Assembly (NCBI GenBank): GCA_035556715.1
Contig: DATMER010000050.1
Span: 87,978-151,977 of the forward strand
Direction: 5' to 3'
DNA length: 64,000 nt
Origin: Thermoanaerobaculia bacterium
GTDB lineage: Bacteria; Acidobacteriota; Thermoanaerobaculia; Multivoradales; UBA5704
This document shows, in pieces, positions 48,852 to 64,000 of the stretch. Both the position numbers and the translations under genes were made by a program. Each line of letters starts with the position of its first letter. Position 1 is the stretch's first letter. Below the pieces are notes generated by a model. It was not told the origin of the DNA, ran no database searches, and saw nothing but the letters and a program-made list of their open reading frames with translations.

Positions 48852-49082
48852 ATGAAGGCACTGCTTGTAGAAGTGGACGATGAGCTGGCGGGCCGCTTGG
48901 AGCGGATTGCTCCGGCGCGTTCTCGCCATCGGTCGGAGTTCATCCGAGCGGCCATCCTGAAGGCGCTCTGGGAGGCTGAAGAGCGGGCCACGGCTGAGGC
49001 GTACGCGCGCCATCCGGACAGTGCCGATTCAGCGTTCGATGCGGCCGTCTGGGAGCACCAAGGTTTCCCGGAGAAGAAGTGA
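48852..49082 (+). CDS. Ribbon-helix-helix (CopG/MazE-like) antitoxin family protein
   Basis: 76 aa MKALLVEVDDELAGRLERIAPARSRHRSEFIRAAILKAL..., an RHH DNA-binding fold pattern. Its stop overlaps the start of a MazF-like remnant. Confidence 0.55.
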   Translation: MKALLVEVDDELAGRLERIAPARSRHRSEFIRAAILKALWEAEERATAEAYARHPDSADSAFDAAVWEHQGFPEKK

Positions 49083-49268
49083 GGCAATACGAGATCTGGT
49101 GGGCAGACCTTCCAGCTCCGGTGGGACGGCAGCCTGTACTGCTGCTGACGCGTTGTTGCGAAGCACCTCCTGTCCTCCCGGGTTGGTGTGCTTTCAGCAG
49201 GACGAGAACGTGAAGTGAAGCGGGCGCTCGGGTATTCGCTCGACTGGGCGGAGCTCAAAATCCTGTAG
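49079..49268 (+). pseudogene. Decayed PemK/MazF-family toxin remnant (N- and C-terminal fragments in different frames; middle missing)
   Basis: GTG-initiated VRQYEIWWADLPAPVGRQPVLLLTR (MazF/PemK N-terminal consensus), then a frame change. A +2-frame fragment RVVAKHLLSSRVGVLSAGREREVKRALGYSLDWAELKIL resembles a toxin C-terminus. Total length is far below the ~110 aa of an intact toxin. Confidence 0.4.
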
Positions 49269-49404
49269 TTGAAGAACAGCAGATCAGGCTCCGGGCTCCC
49301 CACCTCGCCCTTTATGCGAAGTGGGAGGGGAAACACTTCGAGGGCATGCACCCTCTCTCCCGGCCTTCCCCCGGAGCCCGGCTGCCTCCCTCCCCGCGTC
49401 TCCG

Positions 49405-49856
49405 GCGAGCCGTTGCCGGCCGTCCGCAGTTCCTCCGAGCCCTCCGTACTACATCCGCAGCCTCCCGGAAGACCCTACGGACGGTTCGGGACGCGGCCCG
49501 AGCCTCTCGGACTGCGGTACGGACGGCTCGGGCGGCTGTACGGACGGTTGGGAGCCAGGGGCGAGCCGTTCAGACTGAGGTCCGAGCCGTCCGTACCAGC
49601 GTCCGAACCGTCCGTATCGCGGGTGGAACCGTCCGTATCGCTGCCCAAGCTGTCCGTACCGCGGTGCGAGCCATCCGTACAGCATCACGAGCCGCCCGAA
49701 TGAAGGTGCGAGCGGTTCGTCCAGGAGGGTGAACCGTTCGTACCGCCATCGGAGCCTTCCATACCGCCGTCCGAGCGGTCCGTACGGCGGTCCAGACCGT
49801 TCGCACCGCGGCACGAGCCGGCCGGAGCCCAGTCGGAGCCATCCCTGGCGCGTCCG
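49405..49856. repeat. 21-bp tandem repeat array (consensus GAGCCGTCCGTACCGCGGTCC); 14 contiguous head-to-tail units at 49563-49856, plus upstream copies in both orientations
   Basis: Units GAGCCGTTCAGACTGAGGTCC, GAGCCGTCCGTACCAGCGTCC, GAACCGTCCGTATCGCGGGTG ... through 49856. Inverted copies TACGGACGG at 49487, 49518 and 49539. All six frames lack long stop-free runs, but no single frame stays open across the array. Confidence 0.75.
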
Positions 49857-49968
49857 CAGTCGTCCGGGCCCCTGGGTCAAAAGGGCGGCGGGGTTAGCGG
49901 TATAGTTCGATTGCTATGGGTGCTCCGCTTTCTCCCTCCGGCTGCTCCAGGTCGACGAAGCCCTCCCG

Positions 49969-51395
49969 ATGAGCGTCGTGGACCGTCTCTCCGCCCTGAG
50001 CCCGGAGCAGCGGGCCCTGTTCGAGAAGCTGCGGCAGCAGAAGCCGTCCCGGCCGCGCGTGCCTCCTCCGGTGCGCCCGGTCTCCGGACCCACGGGCGTG
50101 GGCGACTGGCCCCTCTCCTTCGACCAGGAGCGGATCTGGCAGATGCACCGGGACGACCCCGGCCTGGTCTCCTGGAACGTGGACGCCGGCAGCCGTGTGC
50201 AGGGGGAGCTGGACATCCCCCGGTTCCTCGCGGCGTTCCGCGAGCTGATCCGGCGGCATGCGGCTTGGCGCACCACCTTTCCGATTGTCGAGGGCCGGCC
50301 CGTGCAGCGGGTCCACCCCTGGATCGAACCCGAGGTCTCGGTGATCGATGTCAGCGCCCTGCCCGCGGAGGCCCGGGAGAGCGTCGGGCACGCAGCCATC
50401 TACGACCACACGCGCCAGCCGTTCGACCTGGAGAACGGTCCGCTGCTGCGCATCGCCCTGGTGCGGCTCGCCACGCGGGAGCACCTCTACCTGCTCACGA
50501 TCCACCACATCGCCACGGACTGGATCACCTTTCAGGTCTTCTTCCAGGAGCTGATCGCGGTGTATGAGGGCGCCCCCCTGCCGCCCGTGCCCGTGCAGTA
50601 TCCGGACTATGTGCTCTGGGAACGCGAGTGGCTGCAAGAAGAAGTCCTGGAGGAGGAGGCCCGCTTCTGGCGCTCGGAGCTGGAGGGCTTCCCCCTGGTC
50701 CTGGATCTCCCGGCGGACCGGCCGCGGCCAGCCGTCCAGAGCCAGCGGGGAGGGCTCTGCCGCATCCGCTTCGGCGCCGGGCGCACCGACCGGCTGCGCG
50801 CACTCGCCCGGGGGGAAGGGGCGACGATGTTCATGGCCGTGATGGCCGTCCTGTACGCGCTGATCCGGCGCCTCACGGGGCGGGAGAGGATCGTGGTCGG
50901 CTCGAACAGCGCCAACCGCGCCCGGCCCGAGCTGCAGACCGTGGCCGGCTTCTTCCTCACGCAGGTTCCGTTCGCCGCCGACCTCTCGGGAGATCCGACC
51001 TTCCGCGAGGTCCTCGCTCGTACGAAGAAAACGGCACTGTCGGCCTATGCCCACCAGAGCTTTCCGTTCAGCAAGCTGATCGAGGCCCTGGGGGTGACGC
51101 CGGACCCTGGCCGCTATCCCGTGGTGCAGGTCCTCCTTCTGGTCCTGGAGGGGAAGAGCTATGGCAGCGCCGGTAGCCTGGATTTCGAGCCCGTGGGGCT
51201 CTACGACGGCAACTCGCGGTGGGACCTGATGTTCGGGATGTATGACTACCACGACGCCGGCCTGACCGGCTCCCTGGAGTACAACGCCGACCTCTTCGAT
51301 CCGGCCACGGCCGAGAGCCTGCTGGAGACGCTCTACCGGATGACCGACGCGGTGACCGCGGACCCCGAGGTCCGCCTGTCGGCCCTGGAGGAAAG

Positions 51396-51399
<4 letters not shown>
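49969..51399 (+). CDS. Stand-alone NRPS condensation-domain protein with N-terminal docking helix
   Basis: 476 aa. N-terminal MSVVDRLSALSPEQRALFEKLR (docking motif shared with the next two NRPS). C-domain core LLTIHHIATDWITF (HHxxxDW variant). ATGA overlap with the downstream NRPS. ~55-60% identical by eye to the first C domain of the next gene. Confidence 0.85.
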
Positions 51400-58954
<7,555 letters not shown>

Positions 58955-58958
<4 letters not shown>

Positions 58959-61900
58959 GCGTTCCCGGCCCTCAGGACCGGCTTGCCGGGCTTTCCCGCG
59001 AGCAGCGGGCCGCTCTCTTCGAGCAGCTCCGCAAGCGCAAGGAACGAGCTGATACTCCGCCGGACCGCATCCCCCGCCGGCCTCCGGGGCTGGACCCCGT
59101 CCCGGCCTCCTATGCCCAGGAGCGCCTCTGGTTCCTCGACCGCCTGGCGCCGGGCAACGCGGCCTACAACATCCCTCTTTCCCTGGGTATCCGGGGAGAC
59201 ATCTCAATGGCCCGGCTGGAGGCGGTCCTGGGCCAGGTCGTCCGCCGGCACGACACCCTGCGCACGACCTTCGGCGAGCGCGAAGGACAGCCGGTGCAGG
59301 TCATCACCCCGCCGGGTCCCTGGACCCTGCCGCTGGTGGATCTGACGGCGCTCTCCGGGGCGGCTCGGGAGGCCGAGTCGCGCCGCCTGGCCCAGGAGGA
59401 GGCGGACCTGCCCTTCGACCTCCAGCGCGGGCCGCTCCTGCGCGCCGTGCTGCTGCGCCTCGGCGGGTCGGAGCACGCCCTGCTGCTCACCCTGCACCAC
59501 ATCGTGGCCGACGGCTGGTCCCTGGGCGTGCTCGTCCGCGATATCACGGCGCTCTACAGCCGCGCGGCCCTGCCAGAGCTTCCGGTCCAGTACGCCGACT
59601 TCGCGGTCTGGCAGCGGGGCTGGCTCACGGGGGACGTCCTGGAGCGGCAGGTCTCCTACTGGCGGGAGCGGCTGGCCGGAGCGCCGGCCCAGCTCGACCT
59701 TCCCACGGATCGTCCGCGCCCCGCGGCCCAGACCTACCGCGGCGCGCAGAGGAGCGTCCCCTTCGGCCCCGGCTTCGATCGCGAGCTCTCACAGGTCGCC
59801 CGGCGCTTCGAGGCGACTCCGTTCATGGTCCTCCTCGCCGGCTTCCAGACCCTCCTCGGCCGCCTCTCCGGCCAGGAAGACCTCTCCGTGGGCTCCCCCA
59901 TCGCGAACCGCAACCGCGCCGAGATCGAGCCCCTGATCGGCTTCTTCGTCAACACCCTCGTGATGCGGGGGGACCTGAGCGACGACCCGGCCTTCGGCGA
60001 GCTGCTCGGCCGGGTCCGCAAGAGCACGCTGGAGGCCTACGCCCACCAGGACCTTCCCTTCGAGCATCTGGTGCAGAAGCTGCGGCCGGAGCGGCACCTG
60101 GCGGTCACACCCCTCTTCCAGGTCGTCTGCGCCATGCAGAACGCGCCCGTGGGCCGCGTGGACCTCCCCGGGATCTCCCTCGCGCCCGTGGACCTCGTGG
60201 CCAACACCACCCGCTTCGACCTGGAGCTGCACGGCTGGGAGGTCGAGGACGGGTTGCTCGCCCAGGTCTTCTACAGCACCGAGCTGTTCGACGATCCCAC
60301 GGTCCTGCGCTTGGTCCGACATCTGGAGACCCTGCTGCGCGCCGCCATGGCCGACCCCGGAACACGGCTGTCGGATCTTCCCCTGCTCGCCGGCGCCGAG
60401 CGGCACCAACTCCTGCGGGAGTGGAACGACTCCGCCGCGGAGCCCTCCGAAATGGGGATCGTCGATCTCGTCGTGGCAAGGGCCATCGCCGCGCCCGAGG
60501 CTCCGGCCGTCGTGGCCGGCGCCACGGTGCTCACCTACGCCGAGCTGCTGGATCGGGCCTCCAGGCTCGCGGGCGAGCTGCGCTCGGTCGACCTCGATAG
60601 GCCGGTCGGCTTGTGCGTGGAGCGCTCGCCGGAGCTGGTGATCGGGGCGCTCGCGGTCCTGCTGGCCGGTGGCGCGTATCTGCCGCTCGACCCCTCCTAC
60701 CCCGAGGATCGGCTGGCCTTCATCGTCCGGGAGAGCCGCATGCCCGCGCTCCTCGTCCGCGGGGACGGGATTCCGTCGTGGGCTGGGGACGCGCGCGTGC
60801 TCCGGCTGGACCAGCCCTCCGCTTCCGCTCCCGCCGAGCCAATCCCCACAGACCCCGAGAGTCTCGCCTACGTCATCTACACCTCGGGGTCCACTGGCCG
60901 GCCCAAGGGAGTGCAGGTCCCTCACGGCGGACTGATGAGCCTGGTCCTCTGGCATTTGCAGACCTACGGCGTGACCGCGGAAGACCGGGCCACGCTCGTA
61001 GCCTCGCCGGCCTTCGACGCCTCGGTCTGGGAGATCTGGCCCTGTCTCGCGGCGGGCGCGAGCCTCCACGTCCCGGACGAGGAGACCCGGCTGGACCCCG
61101 GCCTGCTCCTGGAGTGGATGGCTGCCGAGAGGATCACGCTCTCCTTCCTGCCCACTCCCCTGGCCGAGCAGGTGGTGGAGACCGCGATCCCCGGAAATCT
61201 GCGCCTCCGCGCCCTCCTCACCGGCGGCGACCGCCTTCAGAAGGCTCCGCGCAAGTCGCTCCCTTTCACTCTCGTAAACCACTATGGACCGACTGAAAGC
61301 AGCGTGGTGGCGACCTGCGCCGTTGTCGAGCTCGGGTCCGCGCGGCCCCCGTCCATCGGCAGACCGATCGACGGCACCCGTGCCTTCGTAGTGGACGCGC
61401 GGCTCGACCCGGTGCCCATCGGCACTCCCGGCGAGCTGCTGCTGGGCGGGACCAGCCTGGCCCGCGGCTATCTGGGCCGGCCGGACCTGACCGCGGAGCG
61501 CTTCGTCCCCGCTTCCCATGGCCAGCGTCTTTATCGGACCGGCGACCTCGTTCGCCTGCTGCCGGATGGTGAGCTGGACTTCCTCGGTCGGGTCGACACC
61601 CAAGTGAAGCTCCGCGGCTTCCGTATCGAGCTGGGGGAGATCGAGAGCGTGCTGTTGCGCCATCCCGCGGTGCGCGAGGCCGTGGTGGCGCTGCGCGGCG
61701 ACCGACTGGCCGCCTACGTGGTCTGCCATCCCGATGCCGGCACCGGAGAGGTCTCGGAGCACGTGGCCCAGTGGCAGACCCTCTACGACGAGACCTACGC
61801 CCGCAGTCAGGCGGCCGACGCGACCTTCGACATCGAGGGCTGGAACAGCAGCTACACCGGCCAGCCCATCCCCGCGCAGGAGATGCGCGAGTGGGTGGAG

Positions 61901-64000
61901 GGCACGGTGGAGCGGATTCTGGCCCTGAATCCCCGCCACGTCGTGGAGATCGGCTGCGGCACCGGCCTGCTCCTCTTCCGCGTGGCGCCGCGCACCGAGC
62001 GTTACATTGGCTCCGACTTCTCCCGGGTCGCGCTCGACGGCATCCGCCGCCGGCTGGACGGGCTCCCCCAGGTCTCGCTGAGGCAGGCCGAAGCGGATGA
62101 CTGGACCGGCATCAAGCCCGGCGAGGCCGACCTCGTGGTCCTCAACTCCGTGGTCCAGTATTTCCCGGGAATCGACTACCTGGCGCGAGTGTTGGAGCGG
62201 GCCGTGCGCGCCGTAAGCTCGGGGGGAGCGGTCTTTGTGGGAGACGTGCGCAGCCGTCCCCTGCTGGAAGCCTTCGCCACCTCCGTCGAGCTGTTCCAGT
62301 CGCCTCCCTCGCGGAGCCTGGAAGAGCTGCGGCACCGGGTGCGGAGGAGGGTCGCGGACGAGGAAGAGCTGGTCATCGATCCCGTCTTCTTCCTGGCCCT
62401 GGCGAAGCGGATTCCCGGCGTCCGTCGCGTCGATCTCCGCATCCGGAGAGGCCGCTGGCACAACGAGCTGACCCGCTTTCGCTACGACGCCATCCTCCAC
62501 GTTAGGGAGGGGGCACCCTCTCCTGCGAAGCAGGGGAGGGACGGGGAGGAGTCTTCTCGCGCCGACATCGAGCGCTTTCTCGCGGATGCCCCGGAGACCC
62601 TCATCCTCGCCAACCTCCCCAACGCCCGTCTCGCCAACGAGACCGCCGCTTTGGACCTCCTCGGCTCCGATCTCGCGACTGTCGAAGACCTCCGCCGCTC
62701 AATGGTCATCCAAACCGCCCTCGATCCCGAAGACCTCTACAACCTGGGAGACCGTCTCGGCTACGACGTGGAGCTGACCCTCGATCCCGCCAGCCCCTTC
62801 CGCTTCGGCGCGTTGCTGCGGAAGCGGGGGAGCGCGGCAGCCTTCCCCGAGGCCCGTTTGCCGGACGTGCCCGACCTCCCCTGGAGCGCCTTCGCCAATG
62901 ATCCCCTCGCCGCGAAGACGGCCCGCCGCCTGGCTCCGGAGCTACGCCGCTTCCTCCAATCCCAGCTGCCGGACTACATGGTGCCCTCGGCCTTCGTCGT
63001 GCTCGAAAACCTGCCGGTCACCACCCACGGCAAGGTGGACCGCGCGGCCCTGCCGGAGCCGGAGCCGCCGCGCAGCGACGCCGGAACCCCACCGCGCACG
63101 GCCGCCGAGACCCGGATGGCCAGCCTCTGGAAAGAGGTGCTCGGCGTGGAGGAGGTCCACTTGGAAGACAACTTCTTCGGGTTGGGCGGCCACTCCCTCC
63201 TCGCCACCCAGCTCGTCTCCCGCGTGCGCTCGGCCTTCGGCATCGACCTCCCCCTGCGCCGCCTCTTCGAGCGGCCGACCCTGGGAGAGCTGACGGCGAT
63301 TCTAGAGACCGAGACCCCGACTGCAGCGCTGGTAGAGAAGCGCGAGCGGAGGACCGAGGCACCCATCTCCCTCGCCCAGGAGCGCTTCTGGGTCCTCGGC
63401 CGGGACAGCACGGCCTTCAACGCGCCGTCCCCTCTCCGCATCCGGGGGCCGCTCGATGCAGGTGTTCTGGAGCGTTGCTTCCAGGAGGTCCTCCGCCGCC
63501 AGGGCTCCTTGCGCACCCGGTTCGTGGAGAGGGACGGCGACCTCCCCCTCCAGGTAGTCGATCCACCCGGTCCCTGGACGCTGCCTCGAATCGACCTCCG
63601 GGCCCTGCCCGAGCCCCTCCGCGAGGAAGAATCCCTGCGGCTGCTCCTCGCGGATGCCGATCGGCCGTTCGACCTTGCCCGCGGACCGGTGGTGCGCATG
63701 GCCTTGGTCCGGCTCGCGGCGGACGATCACCTGCTGCTCCTGACCTGCCACCACATCGTGATCGACGGCTGGTCCATGGGTGTCCTGGTTGGCGAGCTGC
63801 TGCACCTCTACCCGGCCTTTGCCGCCAGCCGGCCCTCGCCTCTGCCCGAGCTGCCGTTCCAGTACCTGGACTTGGCCGTCCGGCAGCGAGAGCGGCTGTC
63901 CGGCCCCGAGCATCAAGCTCGGATCGACTGGTGGAAGAGAGAGCTGGAGGGGGCCCCGCGGCTGTGGAGTTTCCCCACGGACCGTCCGCGGCAGGCGAAT
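58955..64000 (+). CDS. Nonribosomal peptide synthetase (partial, continues past the right edge): C-A(N-methyltransferase inserted A8-A9)-T-C...
   Basis: GTG start overlapping the previous stop (GTGA). VSVPGPQDRLAGLSREQRAALFEQLRKRK docking motif. HHIVADGWS. LAYVIYTSGSTGRPKG. N-MT VVEIGCGTGLLLF inserted after A8 (AAYVVCHPDAG). PCP GGHSLLATQLV. Next C domain HHIVIDGWS near 63750. Not in the ORF track because it is edge-truncated. Confidence 0.9.
62495..62560 (+). repeat. Copy of the element inside the N-methyltransferase domain of the last NRPS
   Basis: TTAGGGAGGGGGCACCCTCTCCTGCGAAGCAGGGGAGGGACGGGGAGG, encoding REGAPSPAKQGRDGEESS, in frame. Confidence 0.6.

Noticed and set aside
49269-49880. 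ORFs 49269..49703, 49346..49732, 49449..49880 and 49570..49842 with RYGRL / AVRTART repeats
   Set aside because: Translations of the 21-bp tandem array in different frames and strands. No frame is open across the whole array and there are no start signals.

Overview
High-GC (~70%) bacterial chromosomal window (Myxococcota- or Acidobacteriota-like by gene content; not decidable from sequence). The ORF track lists only ORFs complete within the window, so edge-truncated genes were recovered by hand translation. Many listed ORFs are antisense or alternate-frame artefacts of the GC-rich DNA. Contents, left to right: (1) At the left edge, minus strand, a class II lanthipeptide locus. It holds a mersacidin/lichenicidin-alpha-type precursor (786..1016) with a strong RBS, and the N-terminal ~237 aa of a LanM-like synthetase that runs off the window (1..711), found by hand-translating the minus strand. 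(2) A GMC oxidoreductase with its small-subunit partner. (3) A ~430-bp intergenic array of degenerate 21-bp tandem repeats. (4) A housekeeping stretch: L,D-transpeptidase, NHEJ pair ku-ligD, fdhD, BON lipoprotein, MarC, two secreted zinc metalloproteases, clpS-clpA, a secreted hydrolase, prfC, a translationally coupled DUF-MOSC-amidohydrolase operon, and a carboxylesterase. (5) From 24942 to the window end, one plus-strand hybrid NRPS-PKS assembly line. Its order is: heme-oxygenase-like diiron enzyme gene; an 18.6-kb NRPS (FAAL-ACP-Cstarter, then five C-A-T modules, the fifth A domain split between core motifs A2 and A3 by a methyltransferase domain); a KS-AT(malonyl)-KR-T PKS; an inserted RHH-antitoxin plus decayed MazF-like toxin remnant plus a second 21-bp tandem-repeat array; a stand-alone C domain; a C-A-T-E-C-A-T NRPS; and a further NRPS (C-A with N-MT in the A8-A9 position, T, then C) running off the right edge. 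No thioesterase is in the window, so the cluster continues beyond 64000. Most unusual observation: a family of short GC-rich palindromic, G-quadruplex-competent repeat elements. One large intergenic copy sits at 12361..12520. At least five copies are inserted in frame inside NRPS coding sequence, three of them at the same permissive A2-A3 loop of adenylation domains.
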